A DNA stretch of 39,048 bases from a virus (lineage: Duplodnaviria; Caudoviricetes): the IMG/VR virus record IMGVR_UViG_3300032373_000045, positions 1-39,048 of that record. One strand, written 5' to 3'. Position 1 is the first letter of the stretch. Every line of letters begins with the position of its first letter. The notes beneath the pieces are model-generated. The model made no database searches and was not told the origin of the DNA. It saw only the letters and a program-made list of their open reading frames with translations. Of this stretch, positions 9,296 to 18,794 are shown piece after piece. The translations under genes were made by a program, and so were the position numbers.

Positions 9296-9628
9296 ATGAC
9301 TAAACGATTATTAGAGTATGACCCAGATAGTAAGACTCATACTTGGCACGAATACGATCACATGACAAAAGAGACTATCATTACTGAGTCTCAAGATGTA
9401 GAATATTATCTTAAACGCAATAGAGCAATGTTTAACGATGCCGATTTCAAGCAACATGGTTTCAAAGAAGAATATGTCAAGATAGCAAGCCTTCCTAATT
9501 CAATAATAATGAAGTGGAAACGTGAGCTAGGTGTAGATGTATATGACAGAAACGATGAAAAGAAAGTTTTTAAGCTGCTTAATGACCCTGAATATAGATA
9601 TTTAAGGACAGTTAGCGGTAAATATTAA
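9296..9628 (+). CDS. Hypothetical protein downstream of the MCP
   Basis: ATG 9296 with a GGAGA RBS; the track start at 9233 spans the hairpin. Confidence 0.75.
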   Translation: MTKRLLEYDPDSKTHTWHEYDHMTKETIITESQDVEYYLKRNRAMFNDADFKQHGFKEEYVKIASLPNSIIMKWKRELGVDVYDRNDEKKVFKLLNDPEYRYLRTVSGKY

Positions 9629-9648
9629 ATAAGAAGCAGGAGGAAACT

Positions 9649-10971
9649 GTGGATAAGTTACTAGAGGCTAGAGATTTAGCTGATACAGAACCAGATACAG
9701 CGTTAAGAATAGTTAATGATGTATTGAATGATGATTTTAATGACCCTCAAGGGCTGTTTATGGCAGCTTATATACTTATGCAAGCTGGTAAGTATGGTAT
9801 GGCTTACAACCTGTTTAAAAGGTCAGGTGAGCATACAGGCGATCACACTCAACTATATAACAATATGGGGATGTGTTTTGGTGATGAGGACAATGATGAG
9901 GCAGTTAAATGCTTTGACCGTTCATTAGAGTTAGACCCAAAGAATGAGAAGGCATTATCTAATAAGGCTTTAACCTTATTGAAGAACAAAGACCCGAAAG
10001 GAGCTGAGAAGTTATGCAGACAATCGGTAAGAATAGACCCAAACCTAAGAGCAGCACACGATAACTTAGGGCTTTCATTGTTAATGCAGAGGAAGTGGAA
10101 AGAAGGCTGGAAAGAGTTTGCTTGGGGTTTAGGTGGTAAGCATAGGAAGAAGCTAGATTACGGTGTTCCTGATTGGGATGGTAAAGCTAAAGGCAACTTA
10201 GTTGTTTATGGTGAGCAAGGTATAGGTGATGAGATAATGTTCGCCTCTTGTATCCCTGATGTATTGAATGACTGTAATCACTTGTCTATTGTTTGTGACA
10301 GTAGATTAGAGGGAGTTTTTGGTAGGTCTTTTGATGCTTATGTATCAGGCTCAAGATATGATAAAGGTGACAATGTTAACTTACCTGTTATGCCTGATTA
10401 TCAATGCTCGATAGCTGACTTACCTAGATTCTATAGAAACAAGCATAAGGACTTCACTGGCACTAGCTATTTAAAGGCTGACCCTGAGAGATGCATTCAA
10501 TGGAGAGCTTTACTAGACCAACATAAGGGCAAGAAGATAGGCATAGCTTGGACAGGTGGCTTACCTAGTACCATGAAGCATAGAAGGTCTATCGACTTAG
10601 AAACATTAGCGCCTTTGTTTGAGACAGATAACACGTTTATATCCCTAGAATACAAGCAACCAGATCAAGAATTACTTGACCAATATGGTATAATTCATTG
10701 GGATAGAGCTGTAAGTAAAGGTGTTGATTATGATGAGACACTAGCTCTTATTAATGAGTGTGACTTAATCATATCGGTATGCACTACGGTCATTTATGGC
10801 GCTGGAGCATTAGGCAAAGAGTGTTGGGTATTAGTACCTGAAACGCCTAGCTACAGATACCATTTAACAGGGGATTTCCCTTGGTATAAGTCAGTAAAAT
10901 TATTAAGGCAGGAGGACACATGGGAAGCATTAGTAGCCCGTATAAAGGCGAAACTTTTAAAATATTCATAG
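9649..10971 (+). CDS. TPR-repeat protein with a C-terminal GT-B (GT9-like) glycosyltransferase domain
   Basis: N-terminal TPRs (YNNMGMC, ALSNKAL, AHDNLGL), then EQGIGDEIMF, KIGIAWTGG and CDLIISVCT...AGALGK motifs. Confidence 0.8.
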   Translation: MDKLLEARDLADTEPDTALRIVNDVLNDDFNDPQGLFMAAYILMQAGKYGMAYNLFKRSGEHTGDHTQLYNNMGMCFGDEDNDEAVKCFDRSLELDPKNEKALSNKALTLLKNKDPKGAEKLCRQSVRIDPNLRAAHDNLGLSLLMQRKWKEGWKEFAWGLGGKHRKKLDYGVPDWDGKAKGNLVVYGEQGIGDEIMFASCIPDVLNDCNHLSIVCDSRLEGVFGRSFDAYVSGSRYDKGDNVNLPVMPDYQCSIADLPRFYRNKHKDFTGTSYLKADPERCIQWRALLDQHKGKKIGIAWTGGLPSTMKHRRSIDLETLAPLFETDNTFISLEYKQPDQELLDQYGIIHWDRAVSKGVDYDETLALINECDLIISVCTTVIYGAGALGKECWVLVPETPSYRYHLTGDFPWYKSVKLLRQEDTWEALVARIKAKLLKYS

Positions 10972-11618
10972 GTTATGACCCAGCAGAGACAATAGCTTAT
11001 CACGTTTTATGTCACTCGATATTAGCTAGGTCATCTATACCAGTATCATTCACTCCGATTAATAAGAATAATATCCCTTCATTTACTAGGGGCATTGAAG
11101 ATGGAAGCACTGAGTTTTCATTCTCAAGATTCTTAACCCCTTGGCTAAGTGGGTTTAAGGGCAAGTCTTTGTTTATGGACTGCGATATGATTGTATTATG
11201 TGATATAGCTGAGATATTAGAACACCATGACCCATTTGCGGCTGTTCAAGTAGTGAAGCATGACTATGTATCTACTTGCAAGACTAAGTTTCTAGGCAAT
11301 ATTCAACATGAATACCCTAAAAAGAATTGGTCAAGTGTTATGTTGTTTAATAACTACAATGCGGCTTGTTGTAGACTATCACCTGATAAAGTTAATACAG
11401 AGTCAGGTAAATACTTGCATCAATTTGAATGGTGTCCAGAAGATAGGGTAATGGAGCTTCCTGTAGAGTTTAATCACTTAGTTGGTGAGTATCCTGAGAA
11501 TCCAGACGCTAAGATTATACATTTCACTTTAGGCACTCCATGTTTCAAAGGTTATACGGAGCAAGAGTACGCTAATGAGTGGTTTAAAGAGCGTGATGCA
11601 ATGTTAGCTCATGTTTAA
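10920..11618 (+). CDS. Glycosyltransferase, GT-A fold (GT8-like)
   Basis: IFIGYD, STEFSFSRF, DxD in FMDCDM, KNWSSVMLFN and IIHFTLGTP motifs; GGAGG RBS. Confidence 0.85.
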   Translation: MGSISSPYKGETFKIFIGYDPAETIAYHVLCHSILARSSIPVSFTPINKNNIPSFTRGIEDGSTEFSFSRFLTPWLSGFKGKSLFMDCDMIVLCDIAEILEHHDPFAAVQVVKHDYVSTCKTKFLGNIQHEYPKKNWSSVMLFNNYNAACCRLSPDKVNTESGKYLHQFEWCPEDRVMELPVEFNHLVGEYPENPDAKIIHFTLGTPCFKGYTEQEYANEWFKERDAMLAHV

Positions 11619-11627
11619 GGGGGAAGT

Positions 11628-12161
11628 ATGTTAATAAGTGACGAATACAGAAAACAACAAGAAAAGATGCATGAGAACCCTAATTATGGGGTAGCTTCTA
11701 TAAGCTTTGCGCCTTTTGTTACAGATATTATAAATAAAACTGGGCACGAAGATATATTAGACTATGGCGCTGGTAAGGGTAACTTAGGTAAGCACTTAAC
11801 CCCTAATCATAAGATATATATCACGCACTATGAGCCAGCTAACCCAGATTGGGCTGATACCCCAGAAGAACATGACTTAGTTTGCTGTATTGATGTATTA
11901 GAGCATATAGAGCCTGAATTATTAGATAACGTGCTAGATGACCTTCAAAGAGTCACTAAAAAGCTCGGCATCTTCACTGTTCACACTATGCCAGCAGCTA
12001 AAACGCTTCCTGATGGTAGGAATGCGCACTTAATACAACAGCCTCCTGCTTGGTGGCTACCAAAATTCTTAGATAGGTTTGAATTGGTAAGTTTTGGAGC
12101 TATGTCAAACGGCTTCAAGATAATTGTTACCCCTCTCAAGCCTGTAATAGTAACTCAATAG
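11628..12161 (+). CDS. Class I SAM-dependent methyltransferase
   Basis: ILDYGAGKG (motif I) and CCIDVLEHI motifs. Confidence 0.85.
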   Translation: MLISDEYRKQQEKMHENPNYGVASISFAPFVTDIINKTGHEDILDYGAGKGNLGKHLTPNHKIYITHYEPANPDWADTPEEHDLVCCIDVLEHIEPELLDNVLDDLQRVTKKLGIFTVHTMPAAKTLPDGRNAHLIQQPPAWWLPKFLDRFELVSFGAMSNGFKIIVTPLKPVIVTQ

Positions 12162-12169
12162 GTTAATTA

Positions 12170-12787
12170 ATGGCTTTAGATACTTACGCAAATTTAAAAA
12201 CATCTATCAAGGTTTGGACTCATAGGGATGACCTAGACTCTGTGACTGATGATTTTATAGACTTATGTGAAGGCATGATCTACTCCAACACAGACCAAGG
12301 CTTGTTAGTTAGAGAGATGGAAACATCTGACACTACGGCTGTAGGCACTCAGACAATGGCCTTACCTACAGGCTTCATCAAAATGCGAAAGCTAACTATA
12401 TCTGTTGGAAGTAATGAAACAGATGTAAGGTTTGCAACACCAGAAAGCTTAAACAAATCTTCTGCCTCTGGTCAGCCTAAAAACTTCACAGTAACCTCCC
12501 AAATAGAGTTTGATAGATCACCTGACGCCACATATACCTTTAATCGCGTATATCTGGCTAAAGCTACCGCTCTCAGCACCTCAAACACCACTAACGCCAT
12601 ACTAACTAACTATCCTCAGATATATCTGCAAGGCTGCTTATGGGCGGCTTATATGTACACAGGAGAGGAAGAAAAAGCCTCTAGTGCATGGACTTTGTTC
12701 ATTAACGGCATTCGAGGTGCTAATAAGACTTATAAGAAGGGGTTTAGCCCTGCTAGTTCAATGAGAAGTGAAGCGAGCACCCCATAA
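12170..12787 (+). CDS. Head-to-tail adaptor protein
   Basis: MALDTYANLK..I..W.HRDDL start and N.IL..YP..YL.G.L motif; precedes the hub protein. Confidence 0.8.
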   Translation: MALDTYANLKTSIKVWTHRDDLDSVTDDFIDLCEGMIYSNTDQGLLVREMETSDTTAVGTQTMALPTGFIKMRKLTISVGSNETDVRFATPESLNKSSASGQPKNFTVTSQIEFDRSPDATYTFNRVYLAKATALSTSNTTNAILTNYPQIYLQGCLWAAYMYTGEEEKASSAWTLFINGIRGANKTYKKGFSPASSMRSEASTP

Positions 12788-14884
12788 ATGGCTGAAACTA
12801 GAGCGTTTAACACAGTGCCTCTTGGTTTAGCTGGTGGCACATATGAATCTAGCTCTTTGCCTATATCAGCGCAAAGGACTGTTAATATGTATCCTGAGAT
12901 TAATCAGGGGGGTATTAGTGAAGCTGTTTTACAACCTTGGCCGGGTTTAATTACGTTAGCGGGTGACTTTTATAGCTCATCTAGTGGTTTTGGTGGTCAA
13001 TCTTCCACCTTTTCTAACCCTGATGGCTCTATAACCTCAATAGCGTTTGACTCTGACAATAACAACCTTCTTATGTGGGATAATGTTGCAGATACTCTCT
13101 ATGTTATGGATGGGATTACAGGAACAGTATTAGACAGCTTTGGCGTAACTATTGGCGGTGATGTTTACATAGGTTATGACAGATATAATAGTAATCTAAT
13201 AATCTCCTCTACTAGCCCCGCAGCAATAACAATTTATAACGGCCTATCAGCTTCAGTAACAAGCTCTTTTAGCGTTACTACAGGCAATAGGGGTATCGCT
13301 ATAGATAACTCTGGAAACTTGCTTGTAGCTAACCACGTTACCAATACCATAGACATACACGCTGGTATCACCTCTACAGTTTCAAGTTCTATTGATATTT
13401 CAGCTGCGGAAGGTAATATAACTAACTTAACCTTTGACCCCGGTGCTGGGAATGCAATTTTCACAGGTTTAACAGATAACATTTATGTATTAGATGGATT
13501 AACTAACACGGTATTGCAAACGCAAGCTACTGTAGGCACAAGTGGACAGCACTCGATAACACTTAACACCTCAGATGGTAGCTTAATAGAAAGTAATTAC
13601 GGCACTGATACGACTTATGCTTATAACTCTGAGATAGGGGCTAGAAGTGGCAAAAGCGGTAGAGGCGATCACGTTTTTAATGGCGCTTATTACTGCATAG
13701 TTAGTCAGACCTTATATTCTATTAGCTCTAACGGCACTAAGACCTCTATAGGAACAATCCCCGGCACGACTCGCTGCACCTTTGCTGATAACGGCACATT
13801 GATGGTTATTTGCTATGGTGGTGTCCCATTGTCTTATGATGGCACGACTTTAACAGAATTAACCTCTATCACTATTCAACCTACGGTGGTTACTTACCTT
13901 AATAATCAATTTATATTTGATAGTGGTACTGGTGATTTCTGGGTAGCTGATGCTGGCTTGACAACCATTAACGGCTTGAACTTTGCTAACCCTGAGTCTG
14001 ACCCTGATGAGTTAACTGCTCCTGTAGTGTTTAACCAGCTATTATACTTGTTTTCGACTAACTCTATCGAGGTTTGGGACAATACAGGCGTTGGTAATCC
14101 TCCTTTTGAGCGTATTTCAGAAGCTATTATAGAGGGCATTGGTTGTGAGAGTCCTTTCGGTGTAACCACTACCGACACAGGCATATATTTTATAGGTAAT
14201 GATGGTATTCCTTATAAGGTTCAATCATTCCAAGCTATTCCTATAGGTGGCGCTGCTATCTGTAGAGAATTTCAAGGCTACACAAGAACAAACACTATAG
14301 CTTATCAAGCAACCTTTGACGGTCAGAAGTTTTGCGTATTCTGTTTTCCTACTGATAAAAGAGTATGGGTATTTTCAGAAACTACCGAGCAATGGTTTGA
14401 ATTAGACCATGAAACAGATGGGCAAAGATATTTAGGCTCAACTTATCAAGAAGCTTACAAATTAAGGCTAACTCAGTCTTATGTTGATGGCTCTATCCTT
14501 AAACTAGACTTTGATACCTTTAAGAACCAACTAGCCCCTATTGTTAGAGAAAGAACTTTATCAGTGATAGCCGGTGAGACTTTCGGCAAGGCTGGAATGT
14601 CTTTAGAGATGTCTAAGATGAGAATATCGGCTGAGTCAGGCGTAGGAATAAACACAGGGCAAGGAGAAAACCCTAATCTAATGGTGCAGCCTTCATATGA
14701 TGGTGGCAGAACATGGGGACAACAAATATTTATAGAGATGGGAAGAGATGGCGAATTTAATAAAGCTATTGAGTGGCATAAGATGAAAGTCTTTGATCGT
14801 TTAGTGGTAAGAATAACATTCTCCGACCCTGTTAAGTTTGTTCTATATTCAGCATCAATCGACATAAGGGAGGCTGGACATTGA
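12788..14884 (+). CDS. Tail hub / packaged-DNA stabilisation protein (P22 gp10-like) with an inserted repeat domain
   Basis: QRTVNMYPE, FANPESDPD, SIEVW and SYDGGRTWG...GRDGEF motifs. Confidence 0.85.
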   Translation: MAETRAFNTVPLGLAGGTYESSSLPISAQRTVNMYPEINQGGISEAVLQPWPGLITLAGDFYSSSSGFGGQSSTFSNPDGSITSIAFDSDNNNLLMWDNVADTLYVMDGITGTVLDSFGVTIGGDVYIGYDRYNSNLIISSTSPAAITIYNGLSASVTSSFSVTTGNRGIAIDNSGNLLVANHVTNTIDIHAGITSTVSSSIDISAAEGNITNLTFDPGAGNAIFTGLTDNIYVLDGLTNTVLQTQATVGTSGQHSITLNTSDGSLIESNYGTDTTYAYNSEIGARSGKSGRGDHVFNGAYYCIVSQTLYSISSNGTKTSIGTIPGTTRCTFADNGTLMVICYGGVPLSYDGTTLTELTSITIQPTVVTYLNNQFIFDSGTGDFWVADAGLTTINGLNFANPESDPDELTAPVVFNQLLYLFSTNSIEVWDNTGVGNPPFERISEAIIEGIGCESPFGVTTTDTGIYFIGNDGIPYKVQSFQAIPIGGAAICREFQGYTRTNTIAYQATFDGQKFCVFCFPTDKRVWVFSETTEQWFELDHETDGQRYLGSTYQEAYKLRLTQSYVDGSILKLDFDTFKNQLAPIVRERTLSVIAGETFGKAGMSLEMSKMRISAESGVGINTGQGENPNLMVQPSYDGGRTWGQQIFIEMGRDGEFNKAIEWHKMKVFDRLVVRITFSDPVKFVLYSASIDIREAGH

Positions 14885-15273
14885 GTATAAGAAGCCCGCT
14901 ACTAATAACTAAAGTTAGACCCGCAGAATTTACAAGCAATAAAGAACTAAAACCCTATTTTGACAACCTAGAATCTTATCTAAGGCAGTTATCTTTTAAA
15001 GTTGGCACGGATGAGACAGATGTAAAAGGTTTAGTAATAGGAACTGATGTTCAAGCTTTCAATGATGGCTTACAGTCTATTGCAGGGCTAACTGAAGGCA
15101 CTGACCAGATGTTATACACGACAGGCGAAGATTCTTACGCTTTAACCACATTAACAGAGTTCGCTAGAACGCTCCTAGACGATGGTAGCGCAACGGAAAT
15201 GAAAGTGACCCTAGGTATAGGCACTTCTGTAGACACGGCTGCTGTAGCGGCTAGGGTAAGCCTAAGAGCATGA
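14881..15273 (+). CDS. Short tail fibre/needle-position protein
   Basis: GLVIGTDVQA...ARTLLDD...TLG fibre-shaft motif; occupies the gp26 position. Confidence 0.6.
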   Translation: MSIRSPLLITKVRPAEFTSNKELKPYFDNLESYLRQLSFKVGTDETDVKGLVIGTDVQAFNDGLQSIAGLTEGTDQMLYTTGEDSYALTTLTEFARTLLDDGSATEMKVTLGIGTSVDTAAVAARVSLRA

Positions 15274-16766
15274 TAATATTAGACACATCAAATAGAAGTT
15301 TAGAAATGGTCTTATCTGGGGCTGTAACGACTAATGAACTACCTTTCGTGGTTTCATATGTTGCTATAGATGTTTCAGATATGACTATGAGCGCGGTTTC
15401 ATCTAATAATGGCGAATCTAACGGGACTACAGACAAAACTATAGTCTCAGCCCCTAATAGTGGTTCGAGGCAAGTTAAGACTGTTACTGTTTACAATAAA
15501 GACACAGTAGAAGCTGAAGTCACTATACAAGTAGATGACGGCGGAACTAACAGAGAGATAATAAAAAGAAAGCTGCAAGTAGGCGAAACCTTACAATTTG
15601 TAGATGGGCATGGTTGGTCAGTAGTACCCGAAAAAAAAAATAGAATACTAAGTGGGAACAGCTCTACTACAGCTATCACGGCTGCTGGAACTTTTGTAGG
15701 CTCTTGGACAGATGTAACTGATTATGACTCAATAGTTATAGCGGCTAAGACAGATCAAGATGGTTATATGGAGGTTCAATTTTCTCCAGATGGTACTAAT
15801 GAAGATTCTAGCCTTAAAAGATATTACAGAACAGCGCAAATAGAAGTCCCTCATAGATTCACAATTACTAGACAATACACAAGAGTTAAGTTTGTTAATA
15901 CATCAGCTTCTAACCAAACCTATTTAAGATTACAAACTACAATAGGCGATAAGACAGACTTAAACGCTCCTTGTGACTCTACATTAGCTCAAGACTTTGA
16001 TGCTACAGTTGTTAGACCTACCTCTTATAATACTGAAGTGGCTCTAGGGCGCAGACAAGGACACGTTCTCTGGAATAAGTTTGGATATAATGAAGATGTA
16101 GACATAGGTACAGAAGTAGTAGCCTCATGGGGTGGAACTTTCACGCCTATTACTACAGCTAGTGTACTAAGTATTGTTTCGACTGATGCAGCAGATGATG
16201 GCGCACCTGCTGGAACAGGTTGTAACTCAGTTGTTATATATGGCTTAGATGCTAATAGAGATGAGGTGACAGAGGTTGTTACCCTAAATGGGACTACTCC
16301 TGTTGTGACTACATCGACTTGGCTAGGCGTTAATAGAGTTGCTATGTTTCTATGTGGAACAGGTAAGGTTAATGCAGGGGTTATCACAGTAACTGAAACG
16401 GCTGGCGGCAGCACAATGGCTCAAATGCCTATAGGTGGAGGTGTTACCCAACAATGTATCTTTTATGTTCCTAGAAATCATAATTTTATTATGGAGTGGC
16501 TATATGCTAACTCTCTTAGACAATCGGGTGCTGACCCAAAAGTTACTATTAAGATATGGGTTTACTCAACGGCTAATAATGGTAATCAAGAAGTCTTTAG
16601 AGGCTCTATGGATACCTCAGTTTCTACAGAGATAGACATTAATCCTCAACTACCTTTTCCTGTAACGGAAAGCTCTGTTGTATGGATGGAAGCTACTACA
16701 GATAAGAATGACACAATAATAAGCGGAAGATTTAGCGGCATACTTGTAAGAGATGCAGACGCATAA
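15270..16766 (+). CDS. Tail-associated structural protein (multi-domain, beta-rich)
   Basis: Thr/Val/Ser-rich; ATGA overlap with the upstream gene; contains an A10 tract at 15631-15640. Confidence 0.6.
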   Translation: MIILDTSNRSLEMVLSGAVTTNELPFVVSYVAIDVSDMTMSAVSSNNGESNGTTDKTIVSAPNSGSRQVKTVTVYNKDTVEAEVTIQVDDGGTNREIIKRKLQVGETLQFVDGHGWSVVPEKKNRILSGNSSTTAITAAGTFVGSWTDVTDYDSIVIAAKTDQDGYMEVQFSPDGTNEDSSLKRYYRTAQIEVPHRFTITRQYTRVKFVNTSASNQTYLRLQTTIGDKTDLNAPCDSTLAQDFDATVVRPTSYNTEVALGRRQGHVLWNKFGYNEDVDIGTEVVASWGGTFTPITTASVLSIVSTDAADDGAPAGTGCNSVVIYGLDANRDEVTEVVTLNGTTPVVTTSTWLGVNRVAMFLCGTGKVNAGVITVTETAGGSTMAQMPIGGGVTQQCIFYVPRNHNFIMEWLYANSLRQSGADPKVTIKIWVYSTANNGNQEVFRGSMDTSVSTEIDINPQLPFPVTESSVVWMEATTDKNDTIISGRFSGILVRDADA

Positions 16767-16795
16767 TTTAATTCAGAAACAATTAGGATAATAAA

Positions 16796-17515
16796 ATGGG
16801 ATTTTTAAGCACTTTAACAGGCAGCGATGGGGCTAAATCAGCTAGAGATGCGGCTGTTGTCCAAATTGATGCGGGTCAAAAAGCAATAGGGCATCAAACA
16901 GAAATGCTAGGTCAGGCTAGAGGTGACTTAACTCCCTTTGCTCAAGCTGGCACTGATGCTTTATCACAGTTACAAGGACTTTTAACAGGCCAAGGACAGG
17001 CTGACTTTTTAAATGATTCTCCTTTGTTTCAGAATGTTATGCAGAACGTGAATAGATCAACTAACGCTATGCAAGCAGCTAGAGGGCAATCATTATCAGG
17101 CAATACTCTAAACGCCTTACAATCGAATTATCTACAGCAAGCTCTACCCTTTTTACAGAACCAACAAGGAATGCTAGGTAATTTAACTGGTATGGGGGCT
17201 AATGCCGCAGGACAACAAGCTAACCTAAGCTTTAACACTGGTCAATCTATTGGTGACTTATACACCCAAATAGGCAACGCCTCTGCTGGTGGAATTATGG
17301 GCGCTTCTAATGCTCGGTCTGCTGGTATGGGTAATATGTTAGGTTTAGGCGCTATGGCTTTCGGAGGTATGGGAGGCATGGGCGGTTTAGGAAGTATGAT
17401 GGGAGGAGGTGCTGGAGCTGGTTTAGGTGGCACTGTTAATCTAGGCGCTTTTGGTGCGCAACCCTCACCAATGTTTAACCCTCAATTCCAACCTACTTTT
17501 AGTCCTTTAGGATAA
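16796..17515 (+). CDS. DNA ejection protein (P22 gp7-like)
   Basis: Gly/Ala/Gln-rich; L.PF.QAG..AL and AARG..LSGNTL.AL motifs; gene position. Confidence 0.75.
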   Translation: MGFLSTLTGSDGAKSARDAAVVQIDAGQKAIGHQTEMLGQARGDLTPFAQAGTDALSQLQGLLTGQGQADFLNDSPLFQNVMQNVNRSTNAMQAARGQSLSGNTLNALQSNYLQQALPFLQNQQGMLGNLTGMGANAAGQQANLSFNTGQSIGDLYTQIGNASAGGIMGASNARSAGMGNMLGLGAMAFGGMGGMGGLGSMMGGGAGAGLGGTVNLGAFGAQPSPMFNPQFQPTFSPLG

Positions 17516-17519
17516 GAAT

Positions 17520-18794
17520 ATGCCTTTAAATCCAAACATTCCTCTAGCTGGTCAGCAACAGAACCTAGTTCAAGCTCTTTCACAAGGGTTTCAAGCTGGT
17601 GATGCTATCCATAATGCACCTTTAACTAGGGCTTTAATGGAGCAACGGCAGCAAATGGGGCAGCAGCAAATAGGGCTTAATGAACAATCTTCACAGCTAA
17701 ACACACAGAATTTAGAGCTAGGCACACAGAACCTAGAGACAGGCGCATTAAACTTAGAGACAGCACAAACACAGAAAGCTGTATCTGACTTACAAATTTC
17801 AATCCCTTACGCTATGCAAATAAGAAGCCGCCCTGCTGAAGAAAGAGTAGCTTACTATAATGATTTTGTTGTACCGGAGTTAGGACAATTCGGCATAAAC
17901 GCACCAGCACAAACAGCCGCAGACTTTACAGATGAGGCTTTAGACGCAGATATAGCTACAGGTAATGAGATTATTACTAACGCTTTGTCAGCTTCAAGAA
18001 CGCCACCTAATTTCCAGCAAGCTCAAGGTAGCAATGCTGTAGATGAAGATGGGCGCAGATTTCGAGTTACCCCTACCTTTAATCCGGGGACAGGTCAGAC
18101 TGAAATGGTTACTTCTGCTGTTGATGGGACAGATAACCCCCCAAGAGGAAGGCTTACTGGAGCCAATGCTGAATGGCAAACACCAGATATGCAAACAGCA
18201 AGCGCTGTAGATGAAGCGGGGCAAATAGAGCTACAGAATATAACAATGGCTGCTGGTGAGGCTGCACTAACATCTTTAGAGGGAGCTAACAATAATATGG
18301 CTCTATATGATGAGGCTTTAGCTGCTTTAGATGCTGGGGCTAACACTGGCTGGCTAGTTAATAGATTCCCAACAATTAACGCAGCTACTTTAGCTTTAGA
18401 GAATGTTCAAGCTAGATTAGGTTTAAATGTTATTGCTAATACAACTTTTGGCGCGCTATCTGAGTCAGAATTAGCATTCGCCTTAGACTCTACAATTCCT
18501 TTAGATATGGAAGAGGAAGATTTAAGAATATGGCTTGCTGAAAAGAAAAGAACTCAAGGTATTTTAGCTGACTACCAAAGAAGCGCGGGGCAATACTTGT
18601 TAACACCAAGAAACACTATTACTGACTGGATTTCTATTCAAGAAAGAAACCAAGCAGCATCTCAAAGCACTTTAGCACCGGGAACTACTCCAATGGTCGG
18701 AGGAGGGGATGCTACATCTACCCAGACTAGGGCGCAGCAAATACTGGATGCAAGAGCTTCAGGAAACTCAAGACCTCAAGGCGTACCCCAATAA
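17520..18794 (+). CDS. Probable DNA ejection protein (gp20 position)
   Basis: MPLNPNIPLAG start, Gln-rich, FGALSESEL motif; gene order. Confidence 0.6.
   Translation: MPLNPNIPLAGQQQNLVQALSQGFQAGDAIHNAPLTRALMEQRQQMGQQQIGLNEQSSQLNTQNLELGTQNLETGALNLETAQTQKAVSDLQISIPYAMQIRSRPAEERVAYYNDFVVPELGQFGINAPAQTAADFTDEALDADIATGNEIITNALSASRTPPNFQQAQGSNAVDEDGRRFRVTPTFNPGTGQTEMVTSAVDGTDNPPRGRLTGANAEWQTPDMQTASAVDEAGQIELQNITMAAGEAALTSLEGANNNMALYDEALAALDAGANTGWLVNRFPTINAATLALENVQARLGLNVIANTTFGALSESELAFALDSTIPLDMEEEDLRIWLAEKKRTQGILADYQRSAGQYLLTPRNTITDWISIQERNQAASQSTLAPGTTPMVGGGDATSTQTRAQQILDARASGNSRPQGVPQ

Noticed and set aside
17300-17460. Gly/Met-rich repeat as a separate element
   Set aside because: Low-complexity tail typical of gp7-like ejection proteins.
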